43,984 nt of DNA from a virus (lineage: Duplodnaviria; Caudoviricetes), in IMG/VR virus record IMGVR_UViG_3300037419_000748, positions 1 to 43,984 of that record. One strand, 5' to 3'. Below are positions 26,002 to 34,913 of this stretch, one piece after another. The notes under the pieces are model-generated. The model had not been told where the DNA came from and made no database searches. It saw only the letters and a list, made by a program, of their open reading frames with translations. The translations under genes were made by a program, and so were the position numbers. Positions within the stretch are counted from its first letter, which is position 1. Every line of letters begins with the position of its first letter.

Positions 26002-26556
26002 ATGACTCCGATGAAACTATTCCGAGAACTGAAGCAGCGCGCCAGCCTCGCATGGCGCATCCTGTGCGACTTCGACAGCAACCTTGAGGCCTACGCGGAA
26101 AGCGAGATGTGCTGGGCTGGCTACTTCGACGGCGACGAGATGAACGAGTACATGGCGCAAGGCGTAGTGGACATGGTTCGCGTGTTCTCGCTGCAGGGGC
26201 ACAGCGGCATGAGCGCATCGGTTGCACTTGATCTGTTCGGCCTGCTGGCACGCTTCAAGCCGATTGGACCGCTGACCGGCGCCGACAGCGAATGGGTGGA
26301 CGTTGCTGATCTGTCGGGCCGGCCACTGTGGCAGAACAAACGCTGCGGGCACGTCTTCAAGGCCGGCGACGGTCAGGCATACGACCTTGACGCCGTGATC
26401 TTCGAGGAGCCTAGCGGCGTGCGCTTCACCAGCTTTCACAGCCGCCAGTTCGTCACGTTCCCGTACACACCGCGTTCGGTCGTCGCACGCGTGGCGGCAG
26501 ACGCCAGCGACGCCGACAAGCGGCTGGCCGCGCAGAACGCATGGAGCGCAGCATGA
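26002..26556 (+). CDS. Conserved phage hypothetical protein
   Basis: FSLQGHSGMSA...PIGPLTGADSEW...QNKRC..VFK; GAGGAG RBS. Confidence 0.75.
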   Translation: MTPMKLFRELKQRASLAWRILCDFDSNLEAYAESEMCWAGYFDGDEMNEYMAQGVVDMVRVFSLQGHSGMSASVALDLFGLLARFKPIGPLTGADSEWVDVADLSGRPLWQNKRCGHVFKAGDGQAYDLDAVIFEEPSGVRFTSFHSRQFVTFPYTPRSVVARVAADASDADKRLAAQNAWSAA

Positions 26557-26894
26557 GCAAGCAATTCAAAGTTGGCGATGTGTGTGTAGGACGAGGGTTC
26601 GTTGTCAACACGGATCGAAATGGGCTTGAGTGCGTGATCCTACAGGGGCTTGCGGTGCGCCATGCCCACAATTTAGAACTCGGCATAAAGAGCGAATTTC
26701 CCGGGTATTTAGTCGAATGGTCGGACGGTCAGGTGGCACACGTAAGACCGGAAACGCTTCACCGTAAGCGCCCACCGCGCCGCGACATCGACGAGGTCGT
26801 CAGCTGGGAGTCAGTCGGATGGATGCCGATGGACGTGAAGCTGGATCGGGCCATCAAGGAATCGTTGAGGGGTCGGGTTAGGGAGAGGGCATGA
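26553..26894 (+). CDS. Hypothetical protein
   Basis: FKVGD start; ATGA-coupled. Confidence 0.65.
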   Translation: MSKQFKVGDVCVGRGFVVNTDRNGLECVILQGLAVRHAHNLELGIKSEFPGYLVEWSDGQVAHVRPETLHRKRPPRRDIDEVVSWESVGWMPMDVKLDRAIKESLRGRVRERA

Positions 26895-27316
26895 GCACCA
26901 AGAACCGAGGCATCACAAGCCGCAACGTCATCGTTCCCATGGCTCGCCTAATCGGAAAGCAGCGCGTCGGCAAGGAAGAGGCAGACGAACTTGTGCTGCC
27001 GACCCTGATATACCTTGACGCGGCCAAGCGCGGCGCCTGCCCCCACGCTGGCTATAACTCGCTCGCTACCACCTTGCTTGCCGCGGCCAGCATCGCGGTG
27101 CAGACGCAATCGAAGCGCTTCTACGACATCGTGCACAGTGCCTACAACCTGCTCGTGAAGGCTGGATTGCGTGAAACGAAGTTGCTCGACCTGACCACGA
27201 CGGAGTATCAGGCGATCCGCTCCGCGCTGGCGTGGTACGTGCGATCGCTGCCGATGATCGAGGTGGGCGTGCTGAGCAAGGCGTATGCCCGCGCACAGGC
27301 AATGATGGCGCATTGA
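26891..27316 (+). CDS. Hypothetical protein
   Basis: ATGA-coupled, helical. Confidence 0.7.
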   Translation: MSTKNRGITSRNVIVPMARLIGKQRVGKEEADELVLPTLIYLDAAKRGACPHAGYNSLATTLLAAASIAVQTQSKRFYDIVHSAYNLLVKAGLRETKLLDLTTTEYQAIRSALAWYVRSLPMIEVGVLSKAYARAQAMMAH

Positions 27317-27326
27317 GGAGCGATCA

Positions 27327-27746
27327 ATGGCAAAGAGCACCTACACGACAGCACCTGCGCTCCTCAAGATGGATCGCATCGTCGCCATGCTGAAGGAGGA
27401 CGACTTGATCTGGACGCAGGTAGCGGAAAAGCTTCACATCCACAGGCAGACGGCCAGCCGCTACCTGTGGCACATGGTTCAAGAAACGCCGCGCCGCATC
27501 CACATTTGCAGTTGGATTGAAGACGAGAAGACCTTTCGCAAGATTCCCGTGTTCGCTGCGGGGAATAAGCCGAACAAGCGCAAGCCTAAGCGGTTGACGT
27601 CAGAAGAGGTATTCGCGCGAATCCAGGCGGACCCAGTGCGCCACGCCAAGCGCCGCGAGAAGTACCGCGTGGAATGGCATCTCAGGAAGGGGCGACCGGT
27701 TCCTCCGCGTCCTGTTGCCAGTCCATTTGCCGCGCTGGGGTTATGA
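27327..27746 (+). CDS. HTH-containing protein
   Basis: WTQVAEKLHIHRQTASRYL...IHICSW; GAGGAG RBS. Confidence 0.7.
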   Translation: MAKSTYTTAPALLKMDRIVAMLKEDDLIWTQVAEKLHIHRQTASRYLWHMVQETPRRIHICSWIEDEKTFRKIPVFAAGNKPNKRKPKRLTSEEVFARIQADPVRHAKRREKYRVEWHLRKGRPVPPRPVASPFAALGL

Positions 27747-27976
27747 CCATGAGCCTATACGGATGCCACAACAAGCCGCGGCCAGTGGCCGGCGCACCGC
27801 TACAGGTGCAAGACGGCTATTTTGGTACGTTTGATCCCGCTCACGTTGCCACGACACGCATCGCGCGCTGGATCGCAGTCCCATACGCCATGTCGACCGA
27901 GTGCCAGTACACAAAGCAGCACGCCAGCGATCCGAGGTGCATGGGGTGCGTGCATAAAACCAAGGAGACCAAATGA
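27743..27976 (+). CDS. Small Cys-containing protein
   Basis: YGCHN...CQY......DPRCMGC. Confidence 0.65.
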   Translation: MTMSLYGCHNKPRPVAGAPLQVQDGYFGTFDPAHVATTRIARWIAVPYAMSTECQYTKQHASDPRCMGCVHKTKETK

Positions 27977-29535
27977 AGCGTGACCTCATGACGCTGGCCC
28001 TCGACCTGGGCCACGAGCTGATCATCGACAACTTCGCAGGAGGTGGCGGGGCATCCGAGGGCATCGAGCAGGCATTTAGGCGTCCGGTCGATGTCGCGAT
28101 CAACCACGACGGCGAGGCGCTGGCCATGCACGAAGCGAACCATCCGCGGACCGCGCACTACCGTGAGGACGTGTTTGCCGTACACCCTGGCTTCGTGACC
28201 CGACAGCAGCCAATCGGACTTGCCTGGTTCAGCCCCGACTGCAAACACCACAGCAAGGCCAAGGGCGGCAAACCGCGCGAGAAGAATATCCGCGGCCTCG
28301 CCTGGGTCACACTTAAATGGGGCACATTTCAGAAGCCTCGCTGTATCGGCTTGGAGAACGTCGAGGAGTTTCTGGACTGGGGGCCACTGGACCCGGAAGG
28401 CCATCCGATCAAGGCGGAAAAGGGCCGCACGTTCCGTGCGTTCATCGACGCGCTGTCGACCGGCCTTGCGCCGGATCACCCGGACGTGCAGGAGATCTAC
28501 GACGCCCTGGGCGCGGACTTTCCGATGGAGCGGCTGTACGCTGGCCTCGGCTACAAAGTCGACTATCGTATCCTGCGCGCGTGCGACTACGGCACGCCGA
28601 CCATTCGGAAGCGCTTGTTTGTGTTCGCCCGCCGCGACGGCCTGCCGATCCGGTGGCCTTCGCCGACGCATGGCAACCCAAAGGCGCCTGGCTTCGCCAA
28701 GAGCGGCCTGCTTCCATGGCGCACCGCCGCCGAGTGCATCGACTGGTCAATCCCTTGCGCGAGCATCTTTGGCCGTTCCAAACCTCTGGCCGAGAAGACT
28801 CTAGCCCGCATCGCCAAAGGCATGAAGAAATTCGTCATCGAGGCGAAGGATCCGTACATCTTCGACACCGGCAAAGTGCTGATGCCGTTCATTACCGAGC
28901 ATGCCAATGGTTCGACCCAGCGCGTGTTCGATGCGAACGAACCGTTGCGCACTCAATGCGCCGAGATCAAGGGCGGGCACTTTGCCTTGGTGTGCGCCTT
29001 CCTGGCAAAGCATTATGGCGGCCATGAGACGCCTGGCGCTTCTCTTGCGGATCCGTTTAGCACGGTCACGTCGGTTGATCATCACGCCCTGGTTGCATCT
29101 CATTTGGTCAAGCTGCGAAACAACTGCGCAGGGCAGGCGCTTGACGAACCCGTGCACACCGTCGCAGCCAGTGGTTTCCATTTCGGCGAAGTGCGGGCCT
29201 TCCTGATCAAATACTACAGCGAGGGTGGTCAAGACCAATCGCTGCACGAGCCGATGCACACGATCCCGACGAAGGACCGTATCGGCTTGGTGATGGTTCG
29301 CGGCGAGCCGTACGCGATCGTGGACATCGGTATGCGCATGCTCAGTCCGCGCGAACTGGCCCGAGCCCAAGGATTTCCCGACACGTACATTCTCGAGGCG
29401 ATCCATAACGGCAAGCCGCTTTCGAAATCGGCCCAGGTCCGAATGATCGGAAATTCAGTCTGCCCGCCATTAGCCAAGGCACTGATCGAGGCGAATTTCG
29501 CGCACGAACGTCAAATTGCCGGGAGGGCGGCCTGA
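27973..29535 (+). CDS. DNA (cytosine-5) methyltransferase, orphan
   Basis: DNFAGGGG, SPDC, ENV, R.R, RML.PREL.RAQGFP, IGNSV. Confidence 0.95.
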   Translation: MKRDLMTLALDLGHELIIDNFAGGGGASEGIEQAFRRPVDVAINHDGEALAMHEANHPRTAHYREDVFAVHPGFVTRQQPIGLAWFSPDCKHHSKAKGGKPREKNIRGLAWVTLKWGTFQKPRCIGLENVEEFLDWGPLDPEGHPIKAEKGRTFRAFIDALSTGLAPDHPDVQEIYDALGADFPMERLYAGLGYKVDYRILRACDYGTPTIRKRLFVFARRDGLPIRWPSPTHGNPKAPGFAKSGLLPWRTAAECIDWSIPCASIFGRSKPLAEKTLARIAKGMKKFVIEAKDPYIFDTGKVLMPFITEHANGSTQRVFDANEPLRTQCAEIKGGHFALVCAFLAKHYGGHETPGASLADPFSTVTSVDHHALVASHLVKLRNNCAGQALDEPVHTVAASGFHFGEVRAFLIKYYSEGGQDQSLHEPMHTIPTKDRIGLVMVRGEPYAIVDIGMRMLSPRELARAQGFPDTYILEAIHNGKPLSKSAQVRMIGNSVCPPLAKALIEANFAHERQIAGRAA

Positions 29536-29780
29536 TGCGTTCCACCAACCCCGATGAAATCTGCGCCCTCTGCGACGAATACTCGGTCAAGCAAGCCGCG
29601 CCTGAATACGTCGCCCTTGGCATGGCCCGTTGCCTCGCTCGCCACGACCACGGGCACCTATCCGTGCACGTAGGGTGGGATAGCGAAACGTGCGTGAGCT
29701 TCCGCCTCGATCGCGCGAACTTGGCAAAACGCCGGCACTACGTCCAGATCCAGCGCCAGAAGCAGGAGGCCGGCCAATGA
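29535..29780 (+). CDS. Hypothetical protein
   Basis: CALC...C...C; coupled ORF. Confidence 0.6.
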   Translation: MRSTNPDEICALCDEYSVKQAAPEYVALGMARCLARHDHGHLSVHVGWDSETCVSFRLDRANLAKRRHYVQIQRQKQEAGQ

Positions 29781-30250
29781 CGATCTTGGCAATTGATCCG
29801 GGCACCACGGAAAGTGGCTGGTGCATCTATGACGGGGCGCGCGTCCTTGATTCTGGCGTGATGGGAAACGCCGAGATGCTGTATGCGATACCCGACGTCC
29901 CAGCCGACCGCCTTGCAATCGAGATGATCGCCAGCTACGGCATGCCTGTGGGCCGCGAAGTTTTCGAGACTTGCGTATGGGTGGGCAGGTTCGTCCAGGC
30001 ATGTCGCGCACCCGAGAAGGTTGAACTGGTCTACCGCAAGGACGTGAAGCTGCACCTGTGCGGCACCGCGCAGGCAAAAGACCCGAACGTGCGCCAAGCC
30101 TTGCTCGACATGTTCCCGCGCACCGGTGGAGGGAAGACGCCGCAGATCGGGACAAAGGACCAGCCTGGGCCGTTATACGGGGTTTCGAGCCACGCATGGG
30201 CGGCGCTTGGGGTAGCAGTCACAGTAATGGCACAAAACCAGAGGAGGTAG
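29777..30250 (+). CDS. RuvC-like Holliday junction resolvase
   Basis: MTILAIDPGTTESGW; AIE; VKLHLCG..AKD. Confidence 0.8.
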   Translation: MTILAIDPGTTESGWCIYDGARVLDSGVMGNAEMLYAIPDVPADRLAIEMIASYGMPVGREVFETCVWVGRFVQACRAPEKVELVYRKDVKLHLCGTAQAKDPNVRQALLDMFPRTGGGKTPQIGTKDQPGPLYGVSSHAWAALGVAVTVMAQNQRR

Positions 30251-30252
30251 GG

Positions 30253-31152
30253 ATGTTCAACGAAAAGATACTTGAAGTGATCGCGACGACGCCTGGCTGT
30301 CGCGAAGCCGCCATCTACGACGCAGTGTCCGTGGATGCGGACGAGACCCGCGCGGCCATTAGCGTATTGGAGACGTCGGGCGCCATCGTTGCAATCGAGT
30401 CGGAGGGCGTCACCGAATGCGGGCGCGTGTTCGAGTTCACCGAGGAATTCAAGGCAACGGATGCCTGGAAGCGCATCACGCTGAAGGCCACGGCGGCCAA
30501 GATGCCAGGCACGAACCGCATCGAGCGCGCGATTGCCTTCGTCAAGGAGCGCGGCACCGCGACGTCGGCTGAACTGCATTCCCTCATGGGCCTGCCGCCG
30601 GACGAGCTTGCATCGAATGTCCTCGCCGGCGCCGTGCGCACAAAACGGCTGGTCAAGAACGGCAAGCATTGGACGCTCGGCCCCGGACCCGGCGGACCGG
30701 CCGCACCGGCCTTGCCGGTCGACGAGGATCGCGAGCCGACGCGCGTGACGTGGGGATCCAAGACCGCGCCGTTCCCGGTGCCGATGTTTCTGCAAAAGGA
30801 GGCGAAGGCTGCGGAGGCCAGCGACGCTGCGACCTTTAAGGCTGAGGAGGAGCTAACGCCACCCTCGGCCGCTGCGGTCCCGGCGCCCGTCGACAACGTG
30901 GTATCGCTCGAACCGCAGCGCACCGCGCGCATCAAGCCGATGGACAAGATCGATTTCGCCGCATTCGCCGACATGGTGAATAGCCAGGCCACACCCGGCA
31001 CCGCGCCCGCCATTCGCTGCGGTCTGTGGTCGGATGGATCGGTCGAGGTGCAGCGCGACGGCAAGACGTCGGCAGTGCTGGCCGTGGAGGAGGTGGCGTG
31101 TCTGGCTGACTTCTGGGGCAGGATCAAAACCAGTGCAAAGGAGGCGTCATGA
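30253..31152 (+). CDS. Hypothetical protein with winged-helix-like segments
   Basis: GAGGAGG RBS; MFNEKILEVIATTPG. Confidence 0.7.
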   Translation: MFNEKILEVIATTPGCREAAIYDAVSVDADETRAAISVLETSGAIVAIESEGVTECGRVFEFTEEFKATDAWKRITLKATAAKMPGTNRIERAIAFVKERGTATSAELHSLMGLPPDELASNVLAGAVRTKRLVKNGKHWTLGPGPGGPAAPALPVDEDREPTRVTWGSKTAPFPVPMFLQKEAKAAEASDAATFKAEEELTPPSAAAVPAPVDNVVSLEPQRTARIKPMDKIDFAAFADMVNSQATPGTAPAIRCGLWSDGSVEVQRDGKTSAVLAVEEVACLADFWGRIKTSAKEAS

Positions 31153-31376
31153 GCTTCAAAATCGACAATTACGACGAACATTGTCCGCAGCTGCGCATCC
31201 AGTTTGGCGACCGCGAGATGAGTTTCACGGTTAAGGATGTGGCGCCGCAGGCGCGAGAATGGCTCGGCGGCGTGATCGAGCGGCAGGTGAGCGAATTGAT
31301 AAACCTGCGCGTGCGACAGGCGCTGGAAAATCACAAGGCTGCACTGCGCGAACTTCTTGGGGTGCGCAATGGATAA
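31149..31376 (+). CDS. Hypothetical protein
   Basis: ATGA-coupled. Confidence 0.6.
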   Translation: MSFKIDNYDEHCPQLRIQFGDREMSFTVKDVAPQAREWLGGVIERQVSELINLRVRQALENHKAALRELLGVRNG

Positions 31377-31761
31377 CGGCCAACTCGATGCGCTGTGCCA
31401 GGAATGGGCATCGTGGTGCTTCACTCGCCGCTTCTACCTGAAGCCGGGGTCGCAGAGTCTTCTTGCTCGCATGCACCCGAGCAAATCAGGGCGGGAGCCG
31501 AACGCGCGGAACAGCGCGCTCATGCAGCACTTTAACCAAGCACTCCACGCGTTCGCATCGGATCCGAAATACGCCGATGAACTCGCGTGCTTCCGCCTGA
31601 TGTACGTCGAGGAGGCCGACCACATCAAGCGGCAGGCCGACAAGCTCGGCATCAGCCGGCCGACGTATTACAACCGCGCGCGGGCCTTTGCTCGCCGCTC
31701 TTGGTCGCTTGCGCTGCAACTGAGGAGCGCGCAGGAAGTCGAGTGCGTCGACGTCGATTAG
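31369..31761 (+). CDS. Late regulator / antitermination Q-like protein
   Basis: EWASW N-terminus; C-terminal HTH ADKLGISRPTYYNR; last early gene before AT-rich gap. Confidence 0.7.
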   Translation: MDNGQLDALCQEWASWCFTRRFYLKPGSQSLLARMHPSKSGREPNARNSALMQHFNQALHAFASDPKYADELACFRLMYVEEADHIKRQADKLGISRPTYYNRARAFARRSWSLALQLRSAQEVECVDVD

Positions 31762-31772
31762 AGCGAGGTAGC

Positions 31773-31832
31773 GTGTAAACAGCTGGCTTTACAAAATAGT
31801 GCTCACAGTCATTTTACACATTGCAATAAAAT
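31773..31832 (+). promoter_or_regulatory. Putative late promoter region
   Basis: TGTAAA-N8-TTTACA palindrome (31774-31793), further TTTACAC, -10-like TAAAAT. Confidence 0.45.
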
Positions 31833-31871
31833 AGGGGCTTATCAGATAGTCTGAAAAACTGTCTCTACGAA

Positions 31872-31902
31872 AAGCCCGCTCCCAAAAGGTCAGCGGGCTT
31901 GT
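31872..31902 (+). terminator. Terminator-like hairpin (tR'-like)
   Basis: AAGCCCGCT...AGCGGGCTT followed by GTTCGTTT. Confidence 0.55.
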
Positions 31903-31941
31903 TCGTTTACAGCATCAATTCCACACACCAGCGAGCCAGAT

Positions 31942-32088
31942 ATGCGCAGGGAGCCAGAACCGACCGGCGCCGACGCGGTATTCGTCGTGGTGTGCCTGCT
32001 GATCGTGTTTGTCTGGTTCGCCTCGGTAATGCTCGACGTGACGCAGGACATGATGCGCGAGGCGTTGGCGAGATTCACGTTGCGATAA
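31942..32088 (+). CDS. Small membrane peptide (48 aa)
   Basis: AVFVVVCLLIVFVWFASVML. Confidence 0.45.
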   Translation: MRREPEPTGADAVFVVVCLLIVFVWFASVMLDVTQDMMREALARFTLR

Positions 32089-32124
32089 TAAATGCGCAAC
32101 TAACCGATACTTGATACCGAAAAT

Positions 32125-32412
32125 ATGACTGAGCAACAATTTGCATACTGGTTGCAGGGCTTCGCTGAGCTTTGCCCCGATGCTCCGACCGCTGAGCAGT
32201 GGCAGTCTATTCGGGAGCACCTTGCCACAGTGTTTAATAAGGTGACGCCGCCGGTCAAAGTGACGGTTAAGCTTCCCGAGGTGGGTGAAAGCCAAGCGAT
32301 CAAAGACCTGATCGAAAAGGCTCGCAAGGAGCGCGTGATCGAACCGCCCCATACCCCGTATCAGCCTTACTCTTTGGAGCAAGGCATTCTTCCCGGCACG
32401 CTTATCTGTTAG
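32125..32412 (+). CDS. Hypothetical phage protein
   Basis: MTEQQFAYWLQGFAEL....PT.EQW..I.EHL..VF.KVTP. Confidence 0.75.
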   Translation: MTEQQFAYWLQGFAELCPDAPTAEQWQSIREHLATVFNKVTPPVKVTVKLPEVGESQAIKDLIEKARKERVIEPPHTPYQPYSLEQGILPGTLIC

Positions 32413-32524
32413 ACCAAAGATGGCCCCACCGACCCAACCGGCGGCCACAACCAACGCAGGGCCGCAAGACCGTAAGACCAAAGCCCTATAACCGCGCCCG
32501 CAAGGGCAACGTAGGGAGCTTCAA

Positions 32525-32767
32525 ATGATTGACCGAGTAGTGGCAAAGATGACCTGCAACGCGCTGGGGACGACGCAGTATGAGTTCGGCTCGCAAACGA
32601 AGGTCGAGCTTGGCGCTGTGTACAGCACCAAGGGCGAGAACAAGGATTTCTGCGACGCCACGCCGTCCGGCGCGTGCTGGATGAACATTGCGCCGGGTTA
32701 TCCGGCGGCCGAGTTCTTCAAGCCCGGCAAGCGTTATTACGTGACGTTCACGGAAGCGCCCGATTAA
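32525..32767 (+). CDS. Hypothetical phage protein
   Basis: AKM.C...ENKDF..ATPSG...FKPGKRYYVTF. Confidence 0.8.
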   Translation: MIDRVVAKMTCNALGTTQYEFGSQTKVELGAVYSTKGENKDFCDATPSGACWMNIAPGYPAAEFFKPGKRYYVTFTEAPD

Positions 32768-32810
32768 GTAAGTACCGAGTCTCCTCCAAAACCTCCCTGG
32801 TTCTGGATTC

Positions 32811-32846
32811 GCCGCCTGCCGCAGCAATGCGCCGGCGGCTTTTTTA
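32811..32846 (+). terminator. Terminator hairpin between convergent genes
   Basis: GCCGCC...GGCGGC followed by T6. Confidence 0.6.
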
Positions 32847-32848
32847 CA

Positions 32849-33265
32849 TCAGCGCACGACCAGGTCGAGTTCGCGCCCGAGTGCCGCCATGGCATCGGCG
32901 ATGCGGTCGATCTTCGTCGCGTGCTTCAAGTCGGTCAGACGGTTTGCCTCTTGCTTCGACGTGCCCATCCGGCGCGCCAACTCGGACGGCCCTACATCCT
33001 GGGTCAGCATCTCGTTGAGAAGCAAGACCTTCGACGCCGCGCTCAAGGGCAACGGAATCATCCGCTCGCCTTCTTGTGGCGCCGACGGCATCGGAACCGG
33101 GCGGCGATCTTCGAAGTAGAAGTCCATGACCGTCAACAGGACGTCAGCGGCCATGTCGAGTGCTTCGGCTTCGTCGTCGCCTTGCGTGATGGCCTCGGGG
33201 ATGTCGCGGAACTCGATAACGAATCCGCCTTCTTCGGCTGGTGTGAACGTAGCTGGATATTTCAT
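32849..33265 (-). CDS. hicB: HicB antitoxin
   Basis: YPA.F...EEGGFVIEFRDIPEAITQGD...EAL.MA.D plus C-terminal HTH. Confidence 0.95.
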   Translation of the reverse strand: MKYPATFTPAEEGGFVIEFRDIPEAITQGDDEAEALDMAADVLLTVMDFYFEDRRPVPMPSAPQEGERMIPLPLSAASKVLLLNEMLTQDVGPSELARRMGTSKQEANRLTDLKHATKIDRIADAMAALGRELDLVVR

Positions 33266-33334
33266 GTGCTCCCTTTCGTGGTAGTGCGGAGGTGTGGCTA
33301 AGCAGAGTGGGGAACCCCTTGCGGGGCTCCCTCC

Positions 33335-33511
33335 CTATTTCAGTTTCAGTCGTTTCAGAATCCCGTTCACCGTTCCTTGTTTCAGTTCCTTGCTTGGATG
33401 CCGGGGAATCGGGGCCTTTTCACCGTTGAGATGAGCAATCATGTGCTCCTTCCCTTGGGTGAAGGTGGCGCCCTTGCTGGCTAACCACCTGACGAACTCA
33501 CTCTGCTTCAC
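33335..33511 (-). CDS. hicA: HicA mRNA interferase toxin
   Basis: GTG start after GGAGG; SEFVRWL...GA.F..GKEH...IPRHPSKELKQGTV..ILK.L. Confidence 0.93.
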   Translation of the reverse strand: MKQSEFVRWLASKGATFTQGKEHMIAHLNGEKAPIPRHPSKELKQGTVNGILKRLKLK

Positions 33512-33542
33512 CACACCTCCTTTTCTCGTTGACCGTGAATAC

Positions 33543-33571
33543 ATAGTAAACAAATTCGTTTACCAAGTCAA
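33543..33571 (-). promoter_or_regulatory. hicAB promoter with palindromic operator
   Basis: TTGACT-17-TACTAT; GTAAAC-N6-GTTTAC at 33546-33563. Confidence 0.75.
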
Positions 33572-33699
33572 GAGAAAAGTAGACATTTTTGAGTACTTTT
33601 TAGGTGTGCCATGCAGATGACCATCGAAGCGGAGCGCGCATGGCTGATGGTTCTCATCCAGTTGGAACGGGATCGCATTGCGCTGCTTCGGGGCTCGTC

Positions 33700-33936
33700 A
33701 TGAGCGGCCCTGTCGACGCATACCGCGCCCAGATCATCCGCGCAGTCGTAGGTCGGAAGCCGATCGCCGTCGAAGATATTGCCGCGCTCGATCGCATCTG
33801 CCAGCGCCTGGTCGAAGCGGAGGAGGCGCATGAGATCCTTCGTTCGCTCGGCTACGGCAAGGCATGGGATAGCGTCGCCGAACTCGCGCAGCTGGTCCCG
33901 CATTCGACAGCCTTGCTGATCCGGCCGCAGAAGTAG
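33700..33936 (+). CDS. Hypothetical protein
   Basis: MSGPVDAYRAQIIRAV...; preceded by a coupled 30-aa ORF (33611-33703). Confidence 0.6.
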   Translation: MSGPVDAYRAQIIRAVVGRKPIAVEDIAALDRICQRLVEAEEAHEILRSLGYGKAWDSVAELAQLVPHSTALLIRPQK

Positions 33937-33946
33937 GCCGGTCGAC

Positions 33947-34258
33947 ATGGACTTCGACAACCTGTTCCGCCTCTACCAGCAGAACAAGAGGAACGCCGAG
34001 AAGCGCGGCATCGCCTACCGGCTGACGTTCAAGGACTGGTTAGACACATGGGGCGAGCGCATCCTCGACGAGCACCGCGGCGCCGGGAATGACCGGCTTC
34101 GCCTGGAGCGCATCGACAAGGCAGGCATCTTCGAGGTCGGCAACGTGCACGTCGTGCGCGGGCTGTTGCCCGGGGAACTGCGCAGTCACGAACACATGCG
34201 GGACCGCCAGCGCACTCCCAGTGGCGGGGAATCGAATAACGGGTGCAAGCTCCGATGA
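33947..34258 (+). CDS. His-Me/HNH-like endonuclease-related protein
   Basis: KRNAEKRGI...LTFKDW..W...RID..G.FEVGNV. Confidence 0.55.
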   Translation: MDFDNLFRLYQQNKRNAEKRGIAYRLTFKDWLDTWGERILDEHRGAGNDRLRLERIDKAGIFEVGNVHVVRGLLPGELRSHEHMRDRQRTPSGGESNNGCKLR

Positions 34259-34373
34259 GCAAAGGGCGGAATGGTTCTCCCCTGCAGCTGGATCGCAGGT
34301 CTGACCGTCGCAGGCGGGGCTGATTTATTCACTGTGACGCAAGGAGCGCCGCACACACCACGGATGGATCGTT

Positions 34374-34913
34374 ATGGGCCGCAAATCAGCGCTGACAGAA
34401 AAGCAGTGGCAGCAGATCGGCGAGCGACTCCTAAAGGGTGAAGCTGGTCGTGTCCTGGCTCGCGAGTTCGGCGTCTCCGAGGCAGCGATCCGCAAGCGCT
34501 TTAGTGCGCAAACGAAGCAAATAAAATCCGTTGCGAATCAATTGGTTGCAGCGGAAACGGCTTTTGCGTCTCTTCCGATAAGTGCGCAAATAAGTGCGCG
34601 CACTTTGGCGGACGAACTGAAGGAAATCTCCATGCACCTGGCCGGCGCCGCCCGGTATGGCGCAGCGACCGCGCATCGCTTATCAGGCATCGCGCACGCC
34701 AAGGTCGAAGAGATTGACGACGCCAAGCCGCTGGACGATGAGAGCCTCAAGACGCTGAAGGGCATCTCGGTTCTGACGCAGCTCGCCAACAACGCTGCCG
34801 AGATTCCGATCGGGCTGCTGAAGGCGAACAAAGAGCAGATCGACCAGATGAACAACCCCGAGACCGACAGCGCCCAACTGCTGAAGGACATCGCGGCGCA
34901 GTTGCCCGACTAA
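34374..34913 (+). CDS. Terminase small subunit
   Basis: MGRKSALT..QW..I..RL..GE..R.LAREFGVSEAAIRKR HTH; directly before TerL. Confidence 0.8.
   Translation: MGRKSALTEKQWQQIGERLLKGEAGRVLAREFGVSEAAIRKRFSAQTKQIKSVANQLVAAETAFASLPISAQISARTLADELKEISMHLAGAARYGAATAHRLSGIAHAKVEEIDDAKPLDDESLKTLKGISVLTQLANNAAEIPIGLLKANKEQIDQMNNPETDSAQLLKDIAAQLPD

Noticed and set aside
27973-29535. Restriction-modification system
   Set aside because: No cognate restriction endonuclease adjacent; typical orphan phage methyltransferase
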